Assembly (NCBI GenBank): GCA_030390025.1
Contig: JASTWF010000324.1
Span: 124,001-188,000, forward strand
DNA from: Squalus acanthias
Taxonomy: Eukaryota
DNA length: 64,000 nucleotides
Direction: 5' to 3'
In this document: positions 34,402 through 47,203 of the stretch, piece by piece
How the letters are laid out: each line of letters starts with the position of its first letter
Position numbering within the stretch: the stretch's first letter is position 1
Made by a program: the position numbers and the translations under genes
The notes under the pieces: generated by a model
The model's database searches: none
What the model was told of the DNA's origin: nothing
The model's input: the letters and a program-made list of their open reading frames with translations, nothing else

Positions 34402-34595
34402 TTCTTGCTCCTCATTCCTTCGAATAGTACCATGGGATCTTTTACCTCCACCTGAGAGGGCAGGCGGGGCTGCGATTGAATATCCCACTCGAAAGGGTGC
34501 ACCTCCGACAATACAGCACTCCCTCATTACTGCACTGAAGCATCAGCTTAGACTATGCGCTCAGTCTATGGAGTGGGGCTTGAACCCACAACCTT
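34402..34595 (-). mobile_element. DeuSINE 5' fragment, inverted next to the previous copy
   Basis: Reverse complement similarity to 34015-34170. Confidence 0.75.
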
Positions 34596-34964
34596 GTGGC
34601 TCCCCTTGTAATTGTTGATGTCTGTCCTTGACCTTCAATCCAATTCACAACCAGGCGTTCACCCCAGCTCCTTTTTATGGGCCGTTATTCAACTCCCCTG
34701 CTACTCTGAGAAAAAATATTTCTTATCTCGGAGCTTGCTCCAGCTTTCCCAATTTTGTGTTCATATCCTGCAGTTTGTGATGACATTCGTAGCCAAGTTA
34801 TCTGCGTACGCCTGTGTTGAAACCGTCGAGCCACATCCTTCTGTAACTCATTCTTTCCCTGGAGCTCCAAACTGTGGGATGCCTCGCCTCGCTCAGGCTT
34901 CCCCTTTTTGCAGGCTATTAAAGCCCAATCTTGGTCCTATTTAATCACTGCTGCCAGATGAAAA

Positions 34965-35432
34965 GGATATCGAGGCACCGGGGAAGCTGCAAAAAAAAAA
35001 GATTTACAAGGATGATACCAGAACTGAGAGGTTATAATTATCAGGAAAGACTGAACAGGCTGAAAAGAGAAGGGTGAGGGGCGACCTGATAGAAGGGGTT
35101 TGACAGGGTAGACATAGAGAAGATGTTTCCACTTGTGGGGGGAGTCCAAAACTAGAGGCCATCAATATAAGAGAGTCACTAATAAATCCAGCCGGGAATT
35201 CAGGAGAAACCTCTTTACTCAGAGAGTGGTGAGAATGTGGAACTCGACCCCACAGGGAGTGGTTGAGGCTAATAGTATCGATGTAATTGAGGGGAGGCTG
35301 GATAAGCAGATGAGGGAGAAGGGGATAGAGGGTTATGCTGATAGGGTGAGATGAAGTAGGGTGGGCGGAGGCTCGTGTGGAGCACAAACACTGACATCGT
35401 TGGGCCGACCGGCCTGTTTCTATGCTGTAAAT
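34965..35432 (+). mobile_element. CR1 3' fragment
   Basis: GESKTRGHQYK...FTQRVVRMWNS and 3' UTR. Confidence 0.85.
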
Positions 35433-36020
35433 TCGATGTCATTTATCTCACCTCCTCTCATATTATTTTCAACGTTGGTGGGTCCTGCATGTGGATCTTT
35501 TCCTTCATTTGGATTTCTTAAAATATGGGGAGAAATTGGGTACCTTTGCGCCTTACGTTATCGCCTCCGCGGGGCACTAACGGGGCGCTACCAGCTTAGC
35601 GACCGGGCGCGGCGATAGTACCGAACGCCTGCGAAATTGAAGTGGAGGTTTGCGGCGGTGGTAACCGCTAGCACCACGCTCTCCTGTGGCCGGAGATCGT
35701 GACGTCATCCGGCTGCGCAGCGCCCCGGTAGCGCCCCGGCTCTGAAATTCACTCTCGCCCCCTGCCTGAGTGCCTGTCGTTAGCAGCGACAGGTCGAGGA
35801 GGCGGTCTGCAGTCGGATGAGCGCTGGAGGTGCGCTATATAAAGGCGTCAACATCCGGTTTATTTTTAATCGGCAAAGAATGCTGCCTTGTCAGTTTGAC
35901 ATAGGCAAACAGGCGTGTTGAGCGATTTCAGCGTTTTTCAGTTGAAGGAGTTGTCTGCCTCAGAAAAATTATTCACTTTCATTTAGGTGAGATTTGAAAG
36001 TGCAACATTTCCATACTTTA

Positions 36021-37160
36021 ATGGGGACTGTACTGGCACTGGACCTCGGCCTCCAGCGTCAATGTCGGAGGCAGCGGAGGCAGAGAGAGAGATTGCAAAA
36101 TGTGGCCAGAGGGAGGAGGGCCAACAGGGCTCTCAACAGGAGGCCTTACCCTCCCAGGGTATTCCGGCAGCATTTCCCCTACATCAATCTCACTGAGGAA
36201 CAGTGTGTTAGAAGGCTCCGCTTCACCAAGGACGTGGTCACAGAGCTCTGCCACCTCCTGCAGCCAGACCTCCAGCTTCACTGCAGGAGCACCACGACAC
36301 TCTCATTGGCAGTCAAGGTCACCGTCGCCCTCAATTTCTACGCCAGTGGATCCTTTCAATGTGCAACAGGAGATATAGCAAACATCTCCCAGTTCGCCGT
36401 CCAGTGCTGCATCCGCGAGGTCACAGATGCTCTCTACAGAAGGAGAAGGGACTACATTTCCTTCCCCATGTCCAGAGAGAAGCAGCGCGAGCGTGCATGT
36501 GGCTTTGCCAGGATAGCGGGCTGCCCCATGGTGCAAGGCGCCATTGACTGCACCCACGTCGCTTTGCGGGCACCTCATAACAATCCTGAGGGATTCCGTA
36601 ACTGCAAAGGCTACCACTCACTTAATGTGCAGTTGGTGTGCGACCACACACAGCGAATCCTCACCATCAATGCCCGCTATCCTGGCAGCAGCCACAATGT
36701 CTTCATCCTGCGCCAGACCGGTGTGCCAGCTCTGTCCCAGCCACCACATCAAGCTCGTGGCTGGCTGGTCGGAGACAAGGGCTATCCGCTCTCCACCTGG
36801 TTCATGACTCCCCTCCACAACCCCAACACTCGTGCCCAGCACTCATACAATGAGAGCCATGCCGCCACCAGGAACATCATTGAGCAGACCATCGGAGTGC
36901 TCAAGCAACGGTTCCGCTGCCTTGACCGCTCGGGAGGAGCCCTCCAGTACTCGGCTGAGCGGGTGTCACGTTTCCTCGCCGTCTGCTGCCTGCTGCACAA
37001 CTTGGCCATCATGAGGGCGCAGCCATTGCCACCAGCCATAGCCGCACCACCTCAGGAGGAGGAAGAGGGAGACGAGGAGGAGGAGGAACAGGAGCACGAA
37101 CAGCAGCGAAGGAGGAGGCCGCCACTCCATCGGCCTTGTAGAAGGGCGGTCTGTGACTGA
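36021..37160 (+). CDS. Harbinger (HARBI1-like, DDE_Tnp_4) transposase, 379 aa, probably inactive
   Basis: ALNFYASGSFQ, GAIDCTHV, N(C)KGYHSLNVQLVCD, ARYPGSSH(N), GDKGY, IEQTIGVLKQRFRCL, CCLLHN; TATA-like TATATAAA at ~35836; the usual HD aspartate reads N. Confidence 0.92.
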   Translation: MGTVLALDLGLQRQCRRQRRQRERLQNVARGRRANRALNRRPYPPRVFRQHFPYINLTEEQCVRRLRFTKDVVTELCHLLQPDLQLHCRSTTTLSLAVKVTVALNFYASGSFQCATGDIANISQFAVQCCIREVTDALYRRRRDYISFPMSREKQRERACGFARIAGCPMVQGAIDCTHVALRAPHNNPEGFRNCKGYHSLNVQLVCDHTQRILTINARYPGSSHNVFILRQTGVPALSQPPHQARGWLVGDKGYPLSTWFMTPLHNPNTRAQHSYNESHAATRNIIEQTIGVLKQRFRCLDRSGGALQYSAERVSRFLAVCCLLHNLAIMRAQPLPPAIAAPPQEEEEGDEEEEEQEHEQQRRRRPPLHRPCRRAVCD

Positions 37161-37364
37161 CTCATCAGACTTCGGTTCCAATAAATTCAAAGCCACGTCC
37201 CGGTTGCTGAGCACGTCCCTATCATTCCATCAATTTCTCATTCCATACCACACCCCATGAAATGAGACACAGCCCATGAAATGAGACACAGCCCCAAATG
37301 TGCAGCATTCCAATAATAAATTTATCCAAATTCACCAACCACATATATACAGCAACAATATTAA

Positions 37365-39244
37365 CTAATCACCCTTGTGCAAACCCTTACTTGCCCTCTT
37401 TACAGTGCCTTTTCCTAATCTACTGCTCCTACGTAGTGTCTCCCCAGTGGCTGCAGCAGGGCTGGTGGAAGGCTGCTGAGTGTCGGTGCCACAGGTTACA
37501 GATGGCCTTGCAGGACGCCCTCAACCAGCTCTGGGCCTGGAAGGCCCGGCTGTACACTGCACCACCTCAGGCTGGGCAGCAGCAGTCTGGCCTGGCTGGA
37601 TAACAGGCAGCGACAAGGGCAATGGCGGAGTGACAATGGTGGGATCAGGAATGCTGTCATCCTGAGAGAGGACAGCAGGTTCCTGCTCCCCTGACACACT
37701 GCCATTCCCCCGGGGCAGCACCTCAGCATCCCTACCAATTTGCTGCAGCACAGATTGCTGGGCTGCTGCGACACCATGAGATCCCCGGTGGACTGTGGTG
37801 GACCCAGCGACGATGGCAACAGTCAGAGCTTTCGTAGCATCAAGCTGAGACTGCATGAGAGCAGTCTGAGACTCGATTGACTGCATTACAGCACTAAGAT
37901 GTTGCGTGGCTTCCGCCTGTGCTGCAATGGAAGCTGCGACATCACCCATGACACGCGTCATGAGGTCTCGATCCGCACGGTCGCACTGGGAGTCCACCAT
38001 CCTCTGCAGAGTGGAAATGATGGGCTCCATGGTGTGCGCAGAGTTCTGTGCAATGTTGGAGGCGGACTCCTCCACGCTCCTTACCATTGCCGAGAGGCTC
38101 TCGGGCACCCTTGCCATTGCACCTATCATCTCGCTGTGCATGCCCATCACCCTTCTTGTGAATGCCTCCCCATCGAGGTCCTCATCTGAGTCGTGTGCAG
38201 CAGAACTCGCGCGTGAACTCGCCCTCCGGGGAGCTGGCTCCTGAGCTACCCTTTCTCCCTGGCCTTGCTGCAGCCCGCTCGTCCCCGGTGCATCACCCAG
38301 TGCAGACCCCTCTACTAAACTTGCCTCTAAAGATCGCGTAGTGCCAGTATCTGAGGTTGTGCCTGAGGGTGAGAGATGCAGTGACGCGGTGCTTTGCTCC
38401 TCCTCCTCTTCTCCTTCCTCACTCTCAGTGGGGGGCTCAGTGACAGGCTGGTCATCTGGTTGCTGATTCTCTGAAAGCATAAAGGCACAAGACTCGTGTT
38501 AAGGTGAGGGCAGGGGGGCAGGAAGGGAGCAAGGAATGCAGACAGTATCAGGAGCTGGAAAGTGGGTAAGGCTAGTGGTGTGAGGGGGAAGAGGGATGAG
38601 AGAAGGAGAGGGGATGAACATACCGTTGTTGCCCCCTAGGGGTCGATGTTGCCGATGGCCATGGCGAACAGCACCTGCTGCCGAATGAGTCGCAGCACTC
38701 GCTCCTCAAGGTCTGAGAGCTGTTGGAGCTGCGCATCACCCCAGCCTGTTCTCTGCTGCTCCCTCCTATTGTGGGCCATCTTGGCCTGCAATGGAAAGGA
38801 ATGTGTGTGAGTCAGAGTCCAGCTGTGTGTTTGGGAGATATGCCTGCTGTAGTTGAATAGCTGTGATTGTCGGCAAGGCGTGAGATGTGATGTGAGTTGA
38901 GTAGGTGGAGATGTTTGGTGGGTGAGTGCTGGGGGTGTGGTGGTTTGTGCAGTGTGTACAGACTGAGGTTCAGATGCTGGTATGTAGGACCTGTTGAAGC
39001 ATGTACTCACCCTGACCAGCCGAGTGAGGTGGTTGAATTTCTTGCGGCACTGTGTCAGGCTGCGTTCCAGCACACTACTGGCCGAGACCTCCTGGGCCAC
39101 TTCCCTCCACATTGCCCTGAACACCTGAGGCGATGGCCTCCTTCCAGTGTCCGGGAGCAGCACTGCCCTCCTTCGCTCCACTCCAGCCTCCAGTGCCACG
39201 TCTGTGAACTGACGAGCTCTCTCCCTGGGAGTGGGAACAGCCAT
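37365..39244 (-). pseudogene. Harbinger Myb/SANT-like gene, exons 39244-39011, 38785-38624, 38470-37365; disabled
   Basis: MAVPTPRERARQFTDVALE...WREVAQEVS...RSLTQCRKKFNHL; GT-AG sites; exon 2 is 162 nt where phases need 3n+1 (frameshift with TAG at 38636-38638); premature TGA at 37521-37523. Confidence 0.87.
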
Positions 39245-41037
39245 CACGATCGGGGATTGAGTTCCTTGCAGGTCGCCCTCACAGCCAGCAATGCTGATAA
39301 TGAGGATCTGCACAATGATACAACCTTCCCTTTATGAGCTGGAAGGGGTCAGTGTGAAGGATCATTCTCGATTGCATAGCACCTGAAATTCATTATTGCT
39401 CTGCTGGTAGCGCCCCTGTAGCGCCCTGCTTACGTCATTAGCGCTCGATTTAGCGCTCCAGTTCTTTCCAGGAGCGCTAACAGCCAATTTAGGGGAAGCT
39501 CAGACTCATTAGCGCCTGGTGCTAATTTTTCACGATTTCAAAAATTAGCACCCCAAACGGGTCGATACCGAATTTCTCCCCCACATACTTTTAAAATCAA
39601 CATTATCCTTCACTCTCAGCATTTTAAAATCCTGGATCATGTCCCCTTTCAAACTTCTTTTCTCCAATGCCAACATGTTGACTCGCTCCTCATAACTTTA
39701 AAATCAATGATATGGATGCTTGAGATTAGAGGTGAAACTGGTACCGACACAGGAATCACAAGCCGAGTGCCTCCATCTATTCCCAAATTCCGACGATTCT
39801 TTGAATTCTCAACTAAGCATCGGTTTCTAATCCCATGCAAAATATATGATTTACATAAGCAATCTGCATGAAAAGGCAATACTTTTTTTATGAGGTATGA
39901 GAAAAGATGAGGATGATTTATGGGACCTGAAAGGACCTGGTGTGCATTGTGAAAAATTTATCAACTGTGTAAAACCTTCTTCTAAGATCAGACGTTGCTG
40001 AGGAACAGGATGGTGATTAATGGCAGTCTCACCTACACTGGGAGATGTGTGAGCTGCAATAACACAATAAGTCAATCGGCAGTTAATCTGCTCCTGTCAG
40101 CATATGTATTGGCAAATTAGACATTTGCTAGCAGAGGTTTATTAATTATGGAATGGAGTTATGAAGGGAACACGTGATTATTTGAAGAGAGGCAGCATAG
40201 CCAGGTTTATTCAACACAGCTCTCTCAACTTATATCTGCACTGTGCTGAAATTAAGTCTCGTTGCACTTTGTCCTCTTCCAATTCATTCTTTCCCAGGTC
40301 CTCCAAACTGTGCAACTCCTCACCTCCCTCAGTCTCCCCTTCCTCCTACAATCTGCAGGCTTTTAAGACCCATGGTTGGTGTCACCTTATCTCAGCTGCT
40401 TCACTTATCCGGCCTTCTCTTTTACTCCTTTCAGTCTTGCTGCTGTCCTGCACTGAGAGGTTTGAACTATCAGGAATGACCGAACAGGCTGGGTCTCTTT
40501 TTCTCCAGGATGGTGAAGGCTGAGGGGTGACCTGATAGAGGTCACTTTGGACTTGGCCCTTCACTTTGAACCCCAACCATGGTCAATGTGTGGGAAGTCT
40601 AGCGGTCACAGTCTGGGAGGTGCGGCCAGAAACTTGTTCATGTGTCCTCGTGCCTTCAAACTCGTTTCTAACAATTCACAAAAAAAATCCATCTAAAAAC
40701 TGGAAGCTACTTTGATGCTTTTTGCCGCATTTGTTTTCGCCAACGTGCGGACTTCCAAAATCGCAAGTTACTTACGACCAGCCTTGTGAAGGGCAGGTTG
40801 ACGACAGATGTCGGGAAGGATTTCTCTGCACGGAGGGCGGTCCACAGCTGGAGCAGGGTTTGCAAGAAGAGTGCCTGAGGCCAGGACACTGGGCTCATTT
40901 AAGAAATAGCTGAACACTAACAGGGAGAGGGCTCCCGGAGTCTGTTGTCTGGAAGAGTGAGACTAAATGGGCCAAAGAGCCTTTTCCTCTGAACTCATCT
41001 TGTGGAAATATTTTTATGTCATATTTCAAAGATGGCA

Positions 41038-41370
41038 GATAGGAACATAGGAGCAGGAGTAGGCCATTTAGCCCCTCGGGCCTGTTCCGCCACTCCATTT
41101 ACCCACTTTAGCTCCACGTCCCTTGATACCCTTACCCAACAAAAATCTATCGCTCTCAGCCTTGAAGGCTCCAACTGAGCCCCAGCATCCACAGCCTGTT
41201 GGGGAGAGAATTCGAGATTTCTACTACCCTTTGTGTGAAAACGTGCCTCCTGATTTCCTTCCTAAATGGTCTCGCTCTAATGTTAAGGTCATATCCCCCC
41301 GTTCTTGATTTCCCCACCAGAGGAAATAGCTACCCTGTATCTATCAAATCCTTTTAACGTTTTAAACATG
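41038..41370 (-). mobile_element. CR1 3' fragment
   Basis: CR1 3' UTR, similar to 24230-24600. Confidence 0.8.
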
Positions 41371-42081
41371 TCAAAAATCCTGCTTATCAGCAAAAAAAAT
41401 ACTTCAGTTTGGAGAATTTCTTTGAGGGTTTCTCTTTTCCATTTTTAAAGGTAATTTCTCCTCTTCATCTTTCTTGCCAGTCATGATCCACAGCTTAGAG
41501 GGCAGTATGTATGCTGACTGCTCCCTGTCCCCCAACACGTTGAATTCAAAATCCTTGCCCTCGTCTTCCTATCCCTCCATGGCGTTATGCTGCCCTGACC
41601 CTGCAAACTCCTGCCCTAAATGCCCTCCTGCTTCCTGCAGTCATCAGACTCCAGCCTTTTGTGCACCCTTTCCTTTACCTCACCATTGGTGGGTAGAGCC
41701 CCTTAGCTATATTCTCTGGCATTCCCTCCTTAAACCCCTCTGCCTCTCTCCACCTTTCAATAGCTTTTCTAAACCAACTTGTTGGCCAAGCTTTCGGTCG
41801 TGCCTCCTAATCTCCCCCTCTATGGCTTGACATCTGGTTCCTCACTCCCTCTAAATCACCGTAGGACTTTTTCTGCATTAAAGGCACTAAAAGAATGTAA
41901 AGTCATTAGTGTTGCATAGAATGCCCTCAAGCATTTTTTAAATCATTCTTCAGGATGTGGGTGTCGCTGGCAAGGCTGGCATTTATTTGTAATAAAGTCA
42001 GTCCTCCTTTGTGAAAACTGATGTGAAGAATCCATTCAATGTGTCTGCTTTATCCTGTACTCATCAGTAAAAGTTTATTTC

Positions 42082-42362
42082 GCAACCTCAGGATGTCCCA
42101 AAGCACTTCACAGCCAATGAAGTACTTTTGAAGTGTAGTCACTGTTGTGGGAAACGCAGCAGCCAATCTACCCACAGCAAGCTCCCACAAACAGCAATGT
42201 GATAATGACCCACTGTTTTTGTGATGTTGGTTGAGGGATAAATGTTGGTCAGGACACCGGGGAGAACTCCCCTGCTCTTCTTCGAAACAGTGCCATGGGA
42301 TCTTTTACATCCAGACAGGGCCTCGGTTTAACATCTCATCCAAAAGACGGCACCTCCGACAA
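42082..42362 (-). mobile_element. DeuSINE fragment
   Basis: Reverse complement similarity to 34095-34370. Confidence 0.8.
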
Positions 42363-43119
42363 TCCTCTCCTGATTGTTTTGCACCTGCTCAGTCACTTAG
42401 TGCCAGCCTGCTCTCGGAGACGGGTGAATGGCCGCAGAGTGTTGGGCAATAACAGGGCACGGTTTTGCCGGAAGGGATCAGTACACACACTGCTAACCCC
42501 ATTCATTTGGATCTAATTAGTTTGTTTTTTCAATATTCGACACAGTGAAGCAAACAGAGGTATGAGGTTCTGTATTGATGGAGGCCAAGAATACCAGAGG
42601 TCATCCTCACATTTCAGTAGTATGTGTTTATTAATTCCGTGCAGCACCATGGTAATCAATGCTAACTGGCTTTGTGCTTATGAAATCCAGCCTTGTTCTG
42701 ACCCAGTTATTTTGATGTAGTTCACCTTATCACAGCAATACCTTGTGCAGATAATGTTCATGGCCATAAACGGCTATTATTCAAAGTCTTGCGAATGTGT
42801 GTCTCGATGATGCAGCAATTTTGGGGAGTCCCTGCAACCAATCACATTCCAGAATGTCAACCAATCCAATCCCAGGGATTGCTGCCCTTTTATCCTGTCC
42901 CTTTAACCAGAAATATGGTCTAAAATAGAGTCGACAACCAGGGTCCAATCAGATCACAGAACCATCTCTTTGGTGTTATTTTTGATTGGTTATTTTTGTG
43001 ACTGAAGCAATGACATTATAACAAAAAAAAAGATGTTGGGCCGTACAGCCACTATGACAGTATCCATGAACAAACGCACTTCATCTTCCAACTCACCCTC
43101 CCTCCTCTCCACAGCTTTT

Positions 43120-43520
43120 TAAAATATTCATTCTTGGGATGTGGGCGTCGCTGGCAAGGCCGGCATTTATGGCCATCCCTAGTTGCCCTGAGGAGGTGGT
43201 GGTGGGCTTTCTTCTTGAACCACAGGGTAATGAGTTTTTGATTCAACTGAGAGGGCAGAGGGCAGTTAAGAGTCAAACATGTTGGTGTGGGACTGGAGTC
43301 ACATATAGGCCAGACCGGGTAAGGACGGCAGGTTTCCTTCCCTAAAGGATATTAGTGAACCAGTTGGGTTTTTACGACAATCCGACAGCTTTTTATTTCC
43401 AGATTTTATTACTTAATTCAAATTCTCATACTGCCATGATGGGATTTGAACTCATGTTCTCTTATTAGTCCAGGCCTCTAGATTAATAGTCCAGTAACAT
43501 AAGCACTACACCACCATACC
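43120..43520 (-). mobile_element. Meta-domain-like SINE with CR1-type tail
   Basis: Reverse complement similarity to 4360-4708. Confidence 0.72.
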
Positions 43521-43609
43521 CAGTTATTCATATAGCACCTTTCACTGATAATCCTGAATTAACATCATCAGATGTAGGAGGGAAGATTGAGGGTTCCATA
43601 GCAACAATT

Positions 43610-45285
43610 GTATAAAGGTAGTGGAAATCTGGAACTCTCTATCTGGGTAGATAGAGAGAAACTATTTCCTCTGGTGGGGGGAGTCCAGAACAAGGGGGCA
43701 TCACCTTAAAATTAGAGCCAGGCCGTTCAGGGGTGATGTCAGGAAGCACTTCTTCACACAAAGGGTGGTGGAAATCTGGAACTCTCTCCCACAAAAAAGC
43801 TGTTGAAGCTGGGGGTCAATTAAAAATGGAGATTGATAGGTTTTTATTAGGTGAGGATATTCAGGGTTATGGAACCAAGGCGGGTAAATGGATTTAAAAT
43901 ACAGATTATTGAATGGTGGAACAGGCTCAAGGGACTGAATGGCCTCCTCCTGTTCCTATATCAGCTGTGCATTCTTTGCCACTTAACCCCATCCTTAAGA
44001 CAACTTCATGGAGTTCCAAGGTTGCTACAAATAGTAATGGGGAGAGCAGATATCCTTGTCCTGTGTCCCACACCAACTCAGATGAAGGAGAGAAGATACT
44101 GTTTGATGTAGCTTTTAAAAGGGGTGCAGGAACAGAGAGACCTGGGGGTGTATGAACACAAATCTTTGAAGGTGGCAGGACAAGTTGAAAAGGCTGTTAA
44201 AAAGGCAGACGGGATCCTTGGCTTTAGAAATAGAGGCAGACAGTGCAAAACATAGAAACTAGGAGCAGGCCATTCGGCCCGTCGAGCCTGCTCCACCATT
44301 CAATACGATCATGGCTGATCATCCAAATCCAGTACCCTGTCCCTGCTTTCTCACACAGAATCCCCATCGAGCCTGCACCGACACATATCCCATCCTATCC
44401 CTGTAACCCCACGTATTTAATTCCCCCTAACATATCCCTTCCTATCCTATCCCCGTAACCCCACATATTTAATCCCCCCCTAACACTAAGGGTCAATTTA
44501 TCATAGCCAAATCAACCTAACCCGCACATTTTTGGACTGTGGGAGGAAACCGGAGCACCCGGAGGAAACCCACGCAGACACAGGGAGAATGTGCAAACTC
44601 CACACAGACAGTCACCCGAGGCCAGATTCGAACCCGGGTCCCTGGTGCTGTGAGGCACCAGTGCTAACCACTATGCCACCGTGTTGCCCGTGTAGCAAGG
44701 AAGTTATGCTAAACCTTTATAAATCACTGGTTAGACCCCAGCTGGAGTATTGTGTTCAATTCTGGCCACCACACTTTAGAAATAATGTCAATTCCTTAGA
44801 GAGGGTACAGAGGAGATTTACTAGAATGGTACCAGGAATGAGGGACTTCAGTTGTGTGGAGAGGCTAGATAAACTGGGATTATTATCCTTAGAGCAGAGA
44901 AGGTTAAAGAGAGATTTAACGGAGGTGTTCAAAATCATGAAGGGTTTTGATAGAGTAGATCGGGAGAAACTGTTTCCAGTGGCAGGAGGGTGGGTAACCA
45001 GAGGACACAGATTGAAGATAATTGGTAAACGAATCAGTGAAGAGATGAGGAGATATTTTTACGCAGCGAGTTGTTGTGATCTGGAATGCGCTGCCTGAAA
45101 GGGCGGTGGAAGCAGATTCAATAGTAACTTTCAAAAGGGAATTGGATAAATACTTGAAAAAGAAAAATTTGCAGGGCTGTGGGGAAAGAGCGGGGGAGTG
45201 GGACTAACTGGAGAGCTCTTTCAAAGAGCCGGCACAGGCACGATGGGCCGAATGGTCTCCTCCTGTGCTGTAGGATTCTTTGATT
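43610..45285 (+). mobile_element. CR1 fragments (~43610-43960 and ~44112-45285), the second interrupted by a V-SINE
   Basis: SKEVMLNLYKSLVRPQLEYCVQFW..., RRLKRDLTEVFKIMKG, 3' UTR. Confidence 0.88.
44248..44689 (-). mobile_element. V-SINE (HE1-like) with CR1-derived tail
   Basis: V-domain TGTGGGAGGAAACCGGAGCACCCGGAGGAAACCCACGCAGACACAGGGAGAATGTGCAAACTCCACACAG; tRNA-like head GGGCAACACGGTGGCATAGTGG on minus strand. Confidence 0.88.
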
Positions 45286-46857
45286 TTACCTAGCAACAAC
45301 CATGAGGAACTCAGCACGGAATAGTTGCTAATTTATGCTATCTGCTGCAAGGATATTTGCAGCCAGCCTGCACCACAGACATGGTGGCACTGTTATTGGG
45401 TGCAGGATACTCACTATCCTTGCGTTGTAATACAGGCACGTGGACTCAAGAGATAGATGTTTGATTGATAATCTTTATTATAAACACACTCATACATCCA
45501 AATGCATGCAATGCTCATGAGAGCAGTACCAAGTTACCTCACGAACGGGGAACTCATCGAGGGTTCACCACTTACGTCCTCCAACCCACTCGCACTCGCC
45601 CTCTGCAAGACCAGGTAGAGCTCCTAAAGTGCGCCGGTGGGCGGTACCTTTTATGGTCAATCACGTAAGATGAGCGTGAAGGTAATGCTGCATGTGATTA
45701 GGAACATTGGTTCATGAACAGGCCATTCCGCCCCTCGAACCTGTTCTGCCATTCAATGAGAAAATGGCTGCTCTGTATTCTCACTCCATCCACCTGCCTT
45801 GGCTCCATATCCTTTTATCTCCTTGTCCAGCAAAAATCTATCGACGTCAGATTTAAAATTATTAATTGAGCTAGCATCTACTGCTTTTTGACCAAGCTTT
45901 TGGTCACCTGCCCTAATTTCTCCTTATGTGGCTCGGTGTCAAAGTTTTTGTCTTAAAATACTCCTGTGCAGCGCCTTGGGACGTTTTACTACGTTAATGG
46001 TGCTGTATAAATACAAGTTGTTGTTGTTGTTATTGGAGAGAGTGCCACACTTCGACCACCCTAACTTCTCTCCTGAATGGCCATTGGTGGAGCAGGCCCG
46101 AGGGGCCGTATGGCCTTCTCCTCCTCCTATTTCTTATGTTCTTGTCCGAGACTCCCCCACTGCTGGGTCTTGTATCTCTCTGTGTCTGGAGAATGATTTG
46201 AGCCCATTTAACCCTTACTATTATTATAACCTGACCATCTACAGAATGCTAGCTGTTGTACCTTGCTTCCCGACTTAGCAAATCTTTCAGGAACAATGGG
46301 CGAGCTTTGCTAGTCGCAAGATATTCTCCCGGGTTGCTCGCTGCAGGGAGATCAATCCGAGGAGGGATGGCAACACTAGGTGGGTGGAGGTCCTGCCCAG
46401 TCAGGACTGAGAGGACAAGCCCGGCCCCAGTGTGCAGCGATTGCGCACAGTGCTTCGCTGTGGAATGTGTACTCACATCGTGCTGTATCCACACACTGCA
46501 CCGCCAAGTGTGGGCCAGATGATATTGTCTTTACCTTTGCAGAACACTGGTCTCCTAAATTGATTAATGGCCCAATTCTCACCTCTGTAAACACTAATCT
46601 GCTAATTGTTTATCTAGATGTGTCAGTCGGACACCTCATTATTCAGTAAGCAGTGAAATCAGACACTGGAGATGTCACACTCCCTGGGCTCACATCGTCC
46701 CTTGTTACTGTTAAGCTGCTTTTTATATTGATCCTCTGCTGTCGTCTCCCGATGGGCACTTTGTGCAGTAAACCCTGTGTCAGCACTCTGTTAAGACCAG
46801 CAATCACGAAGGTGACGATATATGTCTTCCTATCTGACACTAGTCTTGTTTTTTTAT

Positions 46858-47203
46858 TGATTCTCGGGATGTGGGCGTCGCTGGCAAAGCTGGCATTTAT
46901 TGCCCATCCCTAGTTGCCCTTGAGAAGGTGGTGGTGAGCCGCCTTCGTGAACCGCTGCAGTCCGTGTGGTGAAGGTGCTCCCACAGAGCTGTTAGGGAGG
47001 GAGTTCCAGGATTTTGACCCAGCGACGATGAAGGAACGGCTGATATACTTCTAACTCAGGATGGTGTGTGACTTGGAGGGGAACTTGGAGGTGGTGGTGT
47101 TCCCATGCGCCTGCTGCCCTTGTCCTTCTAGGTGGCGGAGGTCGTGGGTTTAGGGGTTGCTGTCGAAGAAGCCTTGGCAAGTTGCGGCAGTGCATCTTGT
47201 AGA
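46858..47203 (-). mobile_element. CR1-clade LINE 3' end
   Basis: Reverse complement similarity to 8530-8870. Confidence 0.85.

Larger units (their letters stand above)
35527..39581. mobile_element. Full-length PIF/Harbinger DNA transposon (transposase + convergent Myb-like gene), decayed
   Basis: TIRs GGGGAGAAATTGGGTA / TACCGAATTTCTCCCC (15 of 16); repeated TAGCGC(C/T) subterminal motifs at both ends; two convergent genes; TSD not cleanly resolved. Confidence 0.93.

Noticed and set aside
35994..37160. Host HARBI1 gene
   Set aside because: Lies between TIRs with a convergent Myb gene and carries decay lesions; it is a transposon copy
40700..41000. Possible coding exon (ORFs 40707..40898, 40722..40913)
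   Set aside because: Resembles a highly decayed CR1 3' region; no recognisable protein
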